This document shows, in pieces, positions 18,633 to 29,376 of a stretch of 64,000 bases of DNA. A model generated the notes under the pieces. That model made no database searches, was not told the DNA's origin, and was given only the letters and a program-made list of their open reading frames with translations. The position numbers were made by a program, and so were the translations under genes. Source of the DNA: Candidatus Enteromonas sp. (GTDB lineage Bacteria > Bacillota_I > Bacilli_A > RFN20 > CAG-826); contig JAXDTZ010000009.1 of the NCBI GenBank assembly GCA_034089705.1, positions 135,046 through 199,045 on the forward strand, written 5' to 3'. Each line of letters begins with the position of its first letter. The first letter of the stretch is position 1.

Positions 18633-18668
18633 ACAAAGAAAAAGGACACCCGTGGAATCGGGTGTCCT
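18633..18668 (-). terminator. Terminator for eno (AGGACACCCG-attcc-ACGGGTGTCCT followed by a U-run on the minus strand)
   Basis: A 10-bp stem 15 nt after the eno stop. Confidence 0.75.
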
Positions 18669-18683
18669 AGGAGATGCGAATCC

Positions 18684-20039
<1,356 letters not shown>

Positions 20040-20343
20040 TCAGCGAAAACATTATAGGCATTTCTTATATCAAGAGGAAGGGAAAACCGAATTATCGGTA
20101 TTCTTTTGCCGATGGAAATTCGCCGATTTTGGTTTATTTCCTGTTTACCCAACTGCAGAATTGGGAAAAAGCATGGATTTTGGGAAGAAGGAAACGCGAA
20201 TTTTGTCCAAAACGAGAGAAAATGGAGGAAAGAAGGAATATTGGCCTAAGGTGAAAACGCCCTATATATAAGAAGATACGCAACCGCAGATTGCTTTCGG
20301 TTGGCAAAGAGGAAGCGCATAATGGTTGGGAAAGGAATGTCCC

Positions 20344-20745
20344 ATGAAAAAAGTTGTGTTCCCCCTTGGCATCGTCGCCATCATTCTCCTCGCCATCAGC
20401 ATCCTCGCCCACTTCCTCTTTGGAGGTTTCGTTCTCTATTGGAGCCAGGATCCTAGACTCATTTCCTACATCCTCTCCAAAATCCCCCAAACCAATCCTT
20501 ACGTCCCAACCGAGGCGGAAATCCAAATGGGGATCTTCACTTTTGGCTGGGCTGTTATTGCTTTGGGGTTCCTCTTGATCCCCGGGCTCATCGTGGATAT
20601 CCTCATCACTACTTCTTCCCGCGACGAAAGCAAACCGAACGGGCTTGCCAAGGGAATCACCCTTGGAGTCCTCGACCTCCTGTTCGGAAGCAAATTCCTC
20701 GGAGTCCTCGAAATAGTCGAAGTCACTTGCTTCGAAACGAAGTAA
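20344..20745 (+). CDS. Small hypothetical membrane protein (3-4 TM)
   Basis: Hydrophobic helices, with a terminator downstream. The overlapping 232-aa minus ORF looks like antisense (D/E/G-rich). Confidence 0.45.
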   Translation: MKKVVFPLGIVAIILLAISILAHFLFGGFVLYWSQDPRLISYILSKIPQTNPYVPTEAEIQMGIFTFGWAVIALGFLLIPGLIVDILITTSSRDESKPNGLAKGITLGVLDLLFGSKFLGVLEIVEVTCFETK

Positions 20746-20757
20746 TCGGAACGGGTT

Positions 20758-20812
20758 TCCCCACTTTGACGGAAAAAGCTTTCCTTTCCTTGAAGTGGGG
20801 TTTTCTTTTGGA
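20758..20812 (+). terminator. Terminator hairpin (CCCCACTT...AAGTGGGG + TTTTCTTTT)
   Basis: An inverted repeat followed by a T-run. Confidence 0.55.
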
Positions 20813-21328
20813 ATCAAAATCCCAAATATCAAATACGGGAAATCGTCCTTTTTAAAATCGGGACAGTTATCAAAGCAACGGCGAATCCGTACCGCGAAAC
20901 AAGTGTGGCAACGGTGAGCACAAATCGCGCAAAAACCCGGATTCTCTTTTTGGGCGAAAAATAGCAGAAAACGATACGAAAAAGGCCTCCAGGATTAGGG
21001 GGAAACCAGGAGGCCACGCTATTCGCGCACATGTATTATCATGAATACGAGTAATATTTTCAAGCGGAATAACCCCGTTTCCTTTGAATTCTTTTTCCCG
21101 GATTACTTTTCGTTTTTTGGATTTTATTTTAGCGATTTTATTAATTTAGAAATCTAAATTTTCGGTGGTTTTTTATTAGATAACGGTTATTTTCTTTCTA
21201 CCATTCCATCTCAATTGCGACATCTTTTGCCCTGTAGGATTTTACTTTTCGTTTTTTCTTTCCTGTTTATCGATGGAATCTTAGTAATGATTCCGACTGG
21301 AAATTCTCTCCTTTTCCGCGGATTTCTC

Positions 21329-21356
21329 TTGAATGGTTTTAAAATCGTTCTATACT
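21329..21356 (+). promoter_or_regulatory. sigma-A-like promoter for the thrS leader: TTGAAT-16-TATACT
   Basis: Spacing and consensus match about 8 nt upstream of the proposed leader start. Confidence 0.5.
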
Positions 21357-21363
21357 CTTTTTG

Positions 21364-21572
21364 GCGATGAACGAGACAAGCCTACTCCGAATACGGAGCA
21401 AGACAGGCACCACTCGGGAGCCACTCCGCGAAATAAGTGAAGCGTATTCCCTGCGATAAAGGGGCCAAAGAGCGAAAAAGGGTTCGCCTTTTTTCGAAGT
21501 AAGGTGGTACCGCGTCGTCCCCGACGTCCTTGCAGAAAGGATTTCGGGGACGTTTTTATTGGAGGTTACCAC
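21364..21572 (+). promoter_or_regulatory. T-box riboswitch leader of thrS (Thr specifier ACC/ACU candidate in GGCACCACUCGG)
   Basis: Conserved T-box sequence AAGGTGGTACCGCG at 21501-21514. A terminator hairpin GTCCCCGA...TCGGGGAC + TTTTTAT sits at 21517-21557, immediately before the GGAGG RBS and ATG. Confidence 0.75.
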
Positions 21573-23468
21573 ATGTTACTCATTTACGAAGGAAAGGAAT
21601 TCGAGGTCGCTTCCCCGTTGAACGGGTTCGAAGCCGCGAAGATCTTGGATCCCAGCAAGAAAAACAAGGCCATTGCCGTCAAGCAAAACGGACGTTTGAC
21701 CGACATGAACGTTTCGGTGGAAGAAGGGGAAATCGAATTCGTCCTTCCGGATTCCCCCGAGGGTTTTGAGATGATCAACCATTCCTGCTCCCACTTGATG
21801 GCGCAGGCCATTCTCCGCCTCTACCCGCAGGCCAAATTCGGTTTCGGCCCCGCGATCGAGGAGGGGTTCTATTACGACGTCGATTTCGGGGACGTCGTCC
21901 TCACCGACAAAGACTTCCCCGCGATCGAAGCGGAGATGAAGAAAATCGTCAAGGAAAACATCCCCTTCCGCCGCAAGGAGGTTTCCAAAGAGGAAGCCCT
22001 AGCCTTGTTCGCCGACAATCCCTACAAAATCGAGCGCATCCAAGAGCTCGAAGGGACCATTTCGGTTTACGAGCAAGGGGAATTCAAGGACCTTTGCCGC
22101 GGTCCTCACGTCCCGAGCACCGGGTATTTGAAGCACTTCCGCCTTCTGAGCCTCGCCGGGGCCTATTGGAGGGGCGATAGCAAAAACAAGATGCTCACGC
22201 GCATCTACGCGACCTGCTATCCGACCGAAGAGTCCTTAAAGGAACACCTCGAAACGTTAGAACGCCGCAAGGCCAACGACCACCGCCGCTTAGGGAAGGA
22301 ACTCGGGCTCTTCATGCTGAGCGATTACGCTCCCGGAATGCCCTTCTTCCTCCCCAAGGGTCAAATCGTTTACAACGAACTCCTTTCTTATTGGCGCGAA
22401 ATCCATCAAAAATACGGCTACAGCGAAATCACGACCCCGACGATGATGTCCCGGGAATTGTGGGAAACTTCCGGTCACTGGGACCATTACAAGGACAACA
22501 TGTACACGACGAAGGTCGATGAAGCCGATTACGCGATCAAGCCGATGAATTGCCCTGGGGCGATTCTGGTTTACCAAAACGGCATCCACAGCTACCGCGA
22601 TCTCCCGCTTCGGTACGCCGAACTCGGCCATGTCCATCGCCACGAAGCTAGCGGGGCCCTCAACGGCCTATTCCGCGTCCGCGCCTTCACCCAAGACGAC
22701 GCCCACATCTTGATTCGCCGCGACCAGATCGAAGAGGAAGTCAAATCGATCATGAAACTCATGGACGAAGTCTACGACGTCTTCGGCCTCACCTACCGCA
22801 TCGTCCTCTCGACCCGTCCGGACGATTACATCGGGGAAATCGAATTCTGGAACCAAAGCGAAGAAGCCCTCGCTTCCGCTTGCCGCGATTCCGGGCACGA
22901 CTTCCAAATCAACCCCGGGGATGGCGCCTTCTATGGCCCGAAGCTCGACTTCAAGCTCCGCGATTCCATGGGTCGCACCTGGCAATGCGGAACGATTCAG
23001 CTCGACGTGAACTTGCCCCACCGCTTCGGATGCTTCTACATCGACGAATCCGGGAACAAGGTGGAACCCGTCATGCTGCATCGCGTGGTGTTCGGTTCGG
23101 TCGAGCGCTTCCTCGGCATCTTGATTGAAAACTACGGAGGCGCCTTCCCGACTTGGCTAGCCCCCGTCCAAGTGGAGATTTTGCCGGTGAACAACGACGC
23201 CCACCTGGAATACGCATCGGAAGTTCTTGCCGAACTTCAAGGCATGAAGGTCCGCGCGGAAATCGATTCGAGCAACGAAAAACTCGGTTATCGCCTCCGC
23301 CAAGCCGTCGTAAGCAAGATTCCTTATACCTTGGTCATCGGGGACAAGGAAAAGGAAAATCATCTCGTCACTTACCGCATCTATGGCCAAAAGGAGCAGA
23401 TCACCGTCTCCTTGGAAGAATTCAAAGCCTTGATTTCCGAGTCGATTTCGAAAAAACTCCGTTACTAA
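21573..23468 (+). CDS. thrS: Threonyl-tRNA synthetase (start refined from the track's 21504)
   Basis: MLLIYEGKEFEVASPLNGFEAAKI... with a TGS domain, class II core and anticodon-binding domain. Confidence 0.95.
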   Translation: MLLIYEGKEFEVASPLNGFEAAKILDPSKKNKAIAVKQNGRLTDMNVSVEEGEIEFVLPDSPEGFEMINHSCSHLMAQAILRLYPQAKFGFGPAIEEGFYYDVDFGDVVLTDKDFPAIEAEMKKIVKENIPFRRKEVSKEEALALFADNPYKIERIQELEGTISVYEQGEFKDLCRGPHVPSTGYLKHFRLLSLAGAYWRGDSKNKMLTRIYATCYPTEESLKEHLETLERRKANDHRRLGKELGLFMLSDYAPGMPFFLPKGQIVYNELLSYWREIHQKYGYSEITTPTMMSRELWETSGHWDHYKDNMYTTKVDEADYAIKPMNCPGAILVYQNGIHSYRDLPLRYAELGHVHRHEASGALNGLFRVRAFTQDDAHILIRRDQIEEEVKSIMKLMDEVYDVFGLTYRIVLSTRPDDYIGEIEFWNQSEEALASACRDSGHDFQINPGDGAFYGPKLDFKLRDSMGRTWQCGTIQLDVNLPHRFGCFYIDESGNKVEPVMLHRVVFGSVERFLGILIENYGGAFPTWLAPVQVEILPVNNDAHLEYASEVLAELQGMKVRAEIDSSNEKLGYRLRQAVVSKIPYTLVIGDKEKENHLVTYRIYGQKEQITVSLEEFKALISESISKKLRY

Positions 23469-23471
23469 GAA

Positions 23472-23506
23472 TAACGGGCCACCCGCGAGGATGGCCCGTT
23501 TTTTAT
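23472..23506. terminator. Bidirectional terminator shared by convergent thrS and ogt (CGGGCCACCCGCGAGGATGGCCCG + T-run)
   Basis: A 9-bp stem with U-rich flanks on both strands. Confidence 0.75.
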
Positions 23507-24000
23507 TCCAGCCCTTCTTCGAGGACTTCGAGGTTCCTCGTCCGTTCGAAGGTAATCAGCTTTTTCTTGAGGGAGGATTCGGCGACGTAGGTCCCGAGTT
23601 TTCCGTTCGCCCGGATGACCCGGTGGCAGGGGATAAGGATGGGGCAAGAATTGGAAGAGAGGATTTCTTCCACTTGTTCTGGAGACATCCCGAGTTTCGC
23701 CCCAATCGTTTCGTAAGTGCTTAGCCGGGCATAGGGGATGGACTTTTTGACGAAGGAAAGGACCTTCTGCTCTTCTTCGCTTCCCATCGGGGAGCAAGGA
23801 ACGTCAAAGGTTTCGCGTTGCCCGGCGCAATATTGGTTGAATTCCTCGATCGCTTGGAAGAGGATTCGGTTTTCCTCGTGGATGCATCCTTGGGGGACGC
23901 CTTCCCCAAGGTGAACCGTGAGGATCGCCTCTTCAGAGGCAATCATGGTGACGTTGCCTAACGGGGTGTCGTAGGTCTCATAGAAATAGGAATCGCTCAT
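23503..24000 (-). CDS. ogt: Methylated-DNA-protein-cysteine methyltransferase
   Basis: PCHRV active-site motif, 165 aa. Confidence 0.9.
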   Translation of the reverse strand: MSDSYFYETYDTPLGNVTMIASEEAILTVHLGEGVPQGCIHEENRILFQAIEEFNQYCAGQRETFDVPCSPMGSEEEQKVLSFVKKSIPYARLSTYETIGAKLGMSPEQVEEILSSNSCPILIPCHRVIRANGKLGTYVAESSLKKKLITFERTRNLEVLEEGLE

Positions 24001-24141
24001 GCTGTATTCATTTTGGAATTTCTCCTTTGAAGGTCAAGAGGGAATTCGCTTCGAAGGCAAAGGAGCGATAAGGAAGGAAAATATAGAGGAAAATACCTAT
24101 GAGGTACTTTCAATTCGAAAAAATCGAAGTAAAATGAAAGC

Positions 24142-25101
24142 ATGACAAAAGTATTAGCCCCCTATACCGCCGCGATATCGGTCAACAGCGAAATTCTCAC
24201 GAGCGCCGCGAATATCGCTTACGAAGTCGGAAGGCTCTCCCTTTCGGGCGTCTCTTCCCCCACCCCCGCCCTCCTTGCCCAGGAAGTGGAGGCTTCCCTC
24301 AAAGAAGAAGGGATTCTCCTCACCCCTTCCCAGTTTCGGGCCTTGCGAAGAGGCGAAGAAATCGCAGGAAGGAAAGAAGCCAAGGCGTTGTTTTCGCTTT
24401 ATTCCAAGATAGGCCGCATCCGTCCCTGCGACCCCGAGTTCTTAACGGAATTTGAAAAATCGATGTTCCCCGATGGCACCCCCAACCGCATGGGACGGAA
24501 GGTGGAAGGCTTTCCTTATCCCCTTCCCTTACGGGCGAAGATCCCCTCGATGATGCGGGGAATTTACCATTTCGCCCAAAGCAAAGAACGGCATCCCTTG
24601 CTCGTGGCCTTGCTCTTCTATTACGAAATCCTCGCGGTGCAACCCTATTCCCAATTCAGCAAAACCCTCGCCACCTACCTCATGAAGGCGATTTTGGTTT
24701 CTTATTCCAAGGAATTCGCCGCGATCCCCCTCGCCCGGGCTTTTTATCTCCATAAAGAACAGATCGAAAAAGCCTACGCAGAATCCGTCGCTTCCCAAGA
24801 CACCGCGCCCTTCTTGAAAGAGGCGATGCGGTTGCTCGAAGCCGAGATCCTCAAAGCCCAACGGAAAAGCGTTCGGCAAAAAGCCGAATCCACCCCTTTG
24901 GTGGACCGCCTCCTTTCCCTCATGGAAGATGGGAAATATTACAAGGCGAGCGAGCTGTTGGCCTTGCTTGGCCTCACTTCTCGCTTAGGGCTTGCCAAAA
25001 ATTACCTCCGGCCCGCTTTGGCATCCAAGCGGATCGAGATGGCCAATCCCCTCTCCCCCACCGACCGCAACCAACGGTATCGAAAGGTCCTTGAACCATG
25101 A
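24142..25101 (+). CDS. Fic-family-like protein with a degenerate active-site motif and C-terminal winged-helix-like tail
   Basis: Where the canonical HPFx[DE]GNGR should be, it reads ERHPLLVALLFYYEI. The predicted secondary-structure order is alpha-helical and Fic-like; the tail is ...ASKRIEMANPLSPTDRNQRYRKV. Confidence 0.45.
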   Translation: MTKVLAPYTAAISVNSEILTSAANIAYEVGRLSLSGVSSPTPALLAQEVEASLKEEGILLTPSQFRALRRGEEIAGRKEAKALFSLYSKIGRIRPCDPEFLTEFEKSMFPDGTPNRMGRKVEGFPYPLPLRAKIPSMMRGIYHFAQSKERHPLLVALLFYYEILAVQPYSQFSKTLATYLMKAILVSYSKEFAAIPLARAFYLHKEQIEKAYAESVASQDTAPFLKEAMRLLEAEILKAQRKSVRQKAESTPLVDRLLSLMEDGKYYKASELLALLGLTSRLGLAKNYLRPALASKRIEMANPLSPTDRNQRYRKVLEP

Positions 25102-25490
25102 TTTACTGCGCCATCGCTTCCTTTTTGCTCTATTGCGCCGGATTCATCCTCGGCGTTTTGCCGAAAACCAAATCCTCTTTGCCTTTTCGTATCCTCTCGG
25201 GGAGTTTGCTTGGGCTCGGGCTTTTGGCTTTCGCCATTTCCGGAAGCATTGGGTTTGCCAGAATTTACGCGAACGACAAAACCTTCCTCGCCATCCTCGC
25301 GGTGGTCTTCGCTTCCTTAGCGCTCCTTCTTCTTCCTTTTTACGCCTATTTCAAAACCTCACGCCCGAAGTTATCCAGCGTTCTGTTAGGGTTCCTATTC
25401 GTCCTTGGGGTGGCCTTCCTCATATCGATGATCGCCTTGTCCCAGGACGCCATGATCCGCGACGAGATCAATCAAACGTCCCAAATCTGA
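25098..25490 (+). CDS. Small polytopic membrane protein (4 TM), translationally coupled to the Fic-like gene
   Basis: ATGA overlap with the upstream stop; strongly hydrophobic. Confidence 0.55.
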   Translation: MIYCAIASFLLYCAGFILGVLPKTKSSLPFRILSGSLLGLGLLAFAISGSIGFARIYANDKTFLAILAVVFASLALLLLPFYAYFKTSRPKLSSVLLGFLFVLGVAFLISMIALSQDAMIRDEINQTSQI

Positions 25491-26962
25491 TGGGCCAAAC
25501 CCGGAACATCCACGAAGGGGTTCCGGTTTTTTTGATAGGCGAAAACCGCGTCGTTTCGTTCCCTTTCCCGGTCGGAAATGGGATCGAGGTCGTTCCATTC
25601 AAGATAGGTTTCGATCGCCCAACTCGATAAGGAGGGATAGGCTTTCCCATCGAACGAAGCATAGGATTTCCATCCAGGCAATTCGCTTTGGTAACGGGTC
25701 ACAAAATAGAAATAGATTCGGGCGATATCCCCTTTGTATTCGTCGATGACTTCACAACAAGACCCCGAATAACCGCGGTTTTTCTGAGAGTCCCCCGTTC
25801 CCACGGTCGTGCCGTTGGTGGACTTGTAGCTCACGTTGCTTCCCACGTAACCATGAGGGAAATTCGAGCGGCGGTTATTGACGTAGGCGTCCGTGGGCAA
25901 TAGATGGTGGAGGTCGCTTTTCATCGGGGCGCGCTCGGAGAAGACGCTTTGGGGAATCGTGTGTTCTCGGTTGAACATCTGCCCTTCCTTGCTGTAATTC
26001 CCTTTCCCAGGAGCCCCTTGATGGTCCGCGGTCGGGGAATAACGATAGGCGGAATACATATCCACGATTTTCCCTTCTTCGTCGGTGTCCGTGCTCGAAT
26101 AGGCCTCATATGCGAAATCGTAACCTTTGCTTTGGTAGCCTTTGGAAATGCGTTCGCACAAGGCAGTTTTGAGGTTGGCCCCTTTTAAGGACCAATTGAT
26201 CCCTTGGTAGTATTCGTCGGAAGAAGAGGGCAAGGTCGTCGAGGTCGATGAAGAAACGCTGCTAGATTCGCTTTCCGTCGTCGAATCCAACACTTCCGAG
26301 GAAGAGGTTTCCGGCGTCGAGGTTTCGGGCAAACTTCCTCCCACGTACACAGTGAGGGAAGATAGGCAAAAACGAATGCTTCCCGAGAGAGAAAAAGAAG
26401 AAACCGGAATCCCAAACGAGGTGGAATAGGTCGGGGAGGAAGAAGGGACGGTCTCTTCCAAAACAGGGGAAGTGAGTTCGTTTCCTCCCCAAGTCAAAAT
26501 CAAGGAATAGGGCGAAGAATAGACGAAAGAATAGACTTCAATCGCTTGGATTGGGGTCGAAAAAGTAAACGACATGCTGCCGGATTTGTTTCCGCTACCG
26601 ATACGAACCGCGCTTCCGACTCCGCCGGAATAGCAATTCGAACCATGGACGGATACCTCGATTTCGCTTTCGTAACATTTCGAATCAAAGACGGAGGAAC
26701 CCGTGTATTTTGTTTCCCCGAACTCAATGCGATACGACTTCCCCGTTTCTTCGCTGGAACTAGAAGATTCACCCAAAACAGGAGACGAATTTTCTTCTAG
26801 GCTGGAGGATTCGTCCGTAGATAGGCTCGGAACAGAATCCGAAAGAGTCGATTCCAAGGATTCTTCTTCACTAGTTACGGAAGAAGTTCCTCCGCAGGAA
26901 CCGAGCAAAAACGCCCCAAGAACGAAGAGGCAAGGGAATTTTCCCGTCGATTGCATTTTCAT
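25472..26962 (-). CDS. Lipoprotein nuclease: unknown N-terminal domain, Ser-rich linker, Endonuclease-I family domain
   Basis: The lipobox LLGSCGG follows MKMQSTGKFPCLFVLGAF. The linker contains SSSVSSSTSTTLPSSSDE. The C-terminal domain carries NREHTIPQS...DLHHLLPTDAYVNNRRSNFPHG, an Endonuclease_1 signature. Confidence 0.75.
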   Translation of the reverse strand: MKMQSTGKFPCLFVLGAFLLGSCGGTSSVTSEEESLESTLSDSVPSLSTDESSSLEENSSPVLGESSSSSEETGKSYRIEFGETKYTGSSVFDSKCYESEIEVSVHGSNCYSGGVGSAVRIGSGNKSGSMSFTFSTPIQAIEVYSFVYSSPYSLILTWGGNELTSPVLEETVPSSSPTYSTSFGIPVSSFSLSGSIRFCLSSLTVYVGGSLPETSTPETSSSEVLDSTTESESSSVSSSTSTTLPSSSDEYYQGINWSLKGANLKTALCERISKGYQSKGYDFAYEAYSSTDTDEEGKIVDMYSAYRYSPTADHQGAPGKGNYSKEGQMFNREHTIPQSVFSERAPMKSDLHHLLPTDAYVNNRRSNFPHGYVGSNVSYKSTNGTTVGTGDSQKNRGYSGSCCEVIDEYKGDIARIYFYFVTRYQSELPGWKSYASFDGKAYPSLSSWAIETYLEWNDLDPISDRERERNDAVFAYQKNRNPFVDVPGLAHQIWDV

Positions 26963-27037
26963 AGCGAGATAGAGTATACCACGATTCGCCTTTCTTTTCT
27001 TGCCAATCCCCCGTTCCCCTGCCTAAAATCCCTATCA

Positions 27038-27937
27038 ATGAAGAAAAAAGCGGCCCGTTATCTCTCTTCCTTCCCGCCTACTAGTTTGCTTGGGAAGCAC
27101 ATTTTCATTACGGGAGGGAATTCCGGGATCGGACTAGGTCTTGCTCAACACGTTTTGTCCTTAGGCGGGATCCCCCACCTTTGCTGCCGAAACCAAGAGA
27201 AGGCCGAGGAAGCCAAGCGCGCTTTGCTTTCTTCCTTTCCTAACGGGCAAGTTCACCTCCATTCCCTCGATCTCTCGCGTTTTGATAGCATCGATTCGTT
27301 CCTGGAGGAACTCGCTTCTTCTTCCTTCCCCATCCACGGTTTCGTGCATAACGCCGGGACCTTCCGGCAAGAAAAGCGGAAGACGGAAGACGGATACGAT
27401 TTGACCCTCATGACCAATTTGATCGGGACGATCCGCTTAAACGAAGGTTTGGTTCCTTTATTCGCCAAGCAAAAGGAGCCTCCCGTGGTGGTTTTCACTT
27501 CTTCCTTAAGCGCCACTTGGTCGAAGATTTCCTTCTCTTCCATCCAAAATCCCTACCCCAAAAGCAAGGTCGGCCTTTACGCGGAAAGCAAACGCGGGAT
27601 TTACCTTTACGCGCGGAATTGCCAGAAAACGGAGTCCCTTCCTTATGTCCCCGTGTTAACCCATCCCGGGATCACCTTCACCCCCCTCTTTTTCAAAGGA
27701 TACCCCAAGGCTTTCGCCGCTTTCCTTTCCCCCATCTTCCGTTTCTTGTTCCATTCCCCGGCCGAAGCTGCCTTGATCGATCTCGAAGCGCTTCTTCACC
27801 CATCCAAAACGGTATATTTCTCTCCTTCTGGCCTCTTCTCTTGCAGCGGGCTCCCCAAAGGGAAAAAGTTCCCTCGAAAACTCGAACGAACCCAGGATGG
27901 CCCCATCCCGGAACTGCTAAAGAACCTCCAAAAGTAA
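27038..27937 (+). CDS. Short-chain dehydrogenase/reductase (start refined from the track's 26951)
   Basis: Contains ITGGNSGIG (TGxxxGxG) and the YAESK catalytic YxxxK. Confidence 0.8.
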   Translation: MKKKAARYLSSFPPTSLLGKHIFITGGNSGIGLGLAQHVLSLGGIPHLCCRNQEKAEEAKRALLSSFPNGQVHLHSLDLSRFDSIDSFLEELASSSFPIHGFVHNAGTFRQEKRKTEDGYDLTLMTNLIGTIRLNEGLVPLFAKQKEPPVVVFTSSLSATWSKISFSSIQNPYPKSKVGLYAESKRGIYLYARNCQKTESLPYVPVLTHPGITFTPLFFKGYPKAFAAFLSPIFRFLFHSPAEAALIDLEALLHPSKTVYFSPSGLFSCSGLPKGKKFPRKLERTQDGPIPELLKNLQK

Positions 27938-28092
27938 GGGGGAAGCCAATCGACGATATTCCTTCTTGAAGGAAGGGCGAATTCGAGTATACTTGTAGCC
28001 GTCGATAAATGTAGAAAGCAATCGCTTCCGGCGATTCGCCAGACTCCCACGGGAAGTTGGCCAAGCACTACTGAAACTGCCTTAGCTTCAGA

Positions 28093-28120
28093 AGCCGGAC
28101 CCATTGCGCCCGGCTTTTAT
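28093..28120 (+). promoter_or_regulatory. Intrinsic-terminator-like hairpin in the infC leader (AAGCCGG-acccattgcgc-CCGGCTT + TTATT); putative L20-dependent attenuator
   Basis: A 7-bp stem plus U-rich tail about 35 nt upstream of infC. The position is analogous to the B. subtilis infC-rpmI-rplT leader attenuator. Confidence 0.4.
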
Positions 28121-28155
28121 TGACTATCTGGAGGAAATGTCCCATCGCTTACAAC

Positions 28156-28710
28156 ATGAACCAAAACCGCGCTCGCCCGCAGAAGCGCCTCGATCCGATC
28201 AACGAGAACATCCGTTACCCGGAAGTTCAAGTCATTGGCCCTAACGGAGAAAACCTCGGCCGCATGTCTTCCCGCCGCGCGAATGAAATCGCCGCCGGCT
28301 ACGACCTCGACCTCTATTGCGTCGCCCCGCAAGCCAATCCCCCGGTCTGCAAGATCCTCAATTACGGGAAATACCGTTACGAGAAAGAAAAGTCCGAGAA
28401 AGAAAACAAACGGAAATCGAAAGCCGCCGCGAGCGAACTCAAGGAAATCCAGCTCCACATCTCCATCGGAGAGCACGACCTTCAAACGAAGGCCAAGCAA
28501 GGAAAAGGCTTCCTGAAAGACGGCGACAAAGTGAATATCCGCGTCATCCTCAAGGGTCGCGAAATGGTTCACAAAGAGATTGGCGAGGAGCTCATGGTCC
28601 GATTCATCGGATTGCTCCAAGAAGGGGAAGCCCCCACCCAGATCGAGAAAAAGCCGAGTTGGGATGGAAAATGCTATTCCTGCATCGTCGCACCGAAAGG
28701 CAAGAAGTAA
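28156..28710 (+). CDS. infC: Translation initiation factor IF-3 (start uncertain: ATG 28156, or a non-AUG in-frame ATC 28144 nine nt after GGAGG)
   Basis: MNQNRARPQKRLDPINENIRYPEVQVIGPNGENLG... The track ORF starts at a TTG at 28120. Confidence 0.85.
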   Translation: MNQNRARPQKRLDPINENIRYPEVQVIGPNGENLGRMSSRRANEIAAGYDLDLYCVAPQANPPVCKILNYGKYRYEKEKSEKENKRKSKAAASELKEIQLHISIGEHDLQTKAKQGKGFLKDGDKVNIRVILKGREMVHKEIGEELMVRFIGLLQEGEAPTQIEKKPSWDGKCYSCIVAPKGKK

Positions 28711-28727
28711 GGAAGGAGAAACACACT

Positions 28728-28922
28728 ATGCCAAAAATGAAAAGCAACCGCTCCATCAGCAAGCGCGTTAAAGTTACCGGCACCGGTAAACTCAAATTCG
28801 TCCACGCTTACAAAGGACACCATGCGCCGTACAAAACGGCCAAACAATCCCGCCAACTCCGTCGCGCGGGAATGATCGACAAGACGGACTACAAGCGTAT
28901 CCGCTTCTTCATCGCGAAATAA
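28728..28922 (+). CDS. rpmI: 50S ribosomal protein L35
   Basis: MPKMKSNRSISKRVKVTGTGKLK... with an AAGGAAGGAG RBS. It is embedded in the longer 28317-28922 track ORF. Confidence 0.9.
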   Translation: MPKMKSNRSISKRVKVTGTGKLKFVHAYKGHHAPYKTAKQSRQLRRAGMIDKTDYKRIRFFIAK

Positions 28923-28937
28923 AGGAGGCAATGATCA

Positions 28938-29282
28938 ATGGCTAGAGTTAAAGGTGGCACCGTTACCCGTGCCCGTCGCAAAAAAATCTTGAAGCGCGCA
29001 GAAGGCTACTTCGGCGCGAAGCACCTTCTCTTCAAGACCGCCAAAGAGCAAGTTTGCCACTCGCTCCGTTACTCGTACAATTCCCGTCGCCTCCTCAAGC
29101 GCGACTACCGCAAGCTTTGGATCAAGCGCATCAACGCCGCTTGCCGCCTCAATGGCATCTCCTACTCCAAGTTCATGGGCGGGCTCAAGAAAGCCGGCAT
29201 CGAAATGAACCGCAAGATGCTCTCGGAAATCGCCATCGCCGATCCGAAAGCCTTCACTGCGCTCGTTGAGAAAGCCAAATAA
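28938..29282 (+). CDS. rplT: 50S ribosomal protein L20
   Basis: [26 protein letters not shown]... Confidence 0.95.
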   Translation: MARVKGGTVTRARRKKILKRAEGYFGAKHLLFKTAKEQVCHSLRYSYNSRRLLKRDYRKLWIKRINAACRLNGISYSKFMGGLKKAGIEMNRKMLSEIAIADPKAFTALVEKAK

Positions 29283-29296
29283 GGAAGTGATTCCAT

Positions 29297-29331
29297 CAAA
29301 AACCGCGGAAATACCATTCCGCGGTTTTTTT
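29297..29331 (+). terminator. Rho-independent terminator after rplT (AAACCGCGGAA-atacc-ATTCCGCGGTTT + T7)
   Basis: A perfect 11-bp stem. Confidence 0.85.
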
Positions 29332-29376
29332 ACACTTGTATAAAAATATTTTATAGAATCTCGAATCTATCGGAAT

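Noticed and set aside
20134-20832. 232-aa minus ORF
   Set aside because: Acidic and Gly-rich with no start context. The overlapping + strand small membrane protein is followed by a terminator, so the + gene is preferred; both remain low-confidence.
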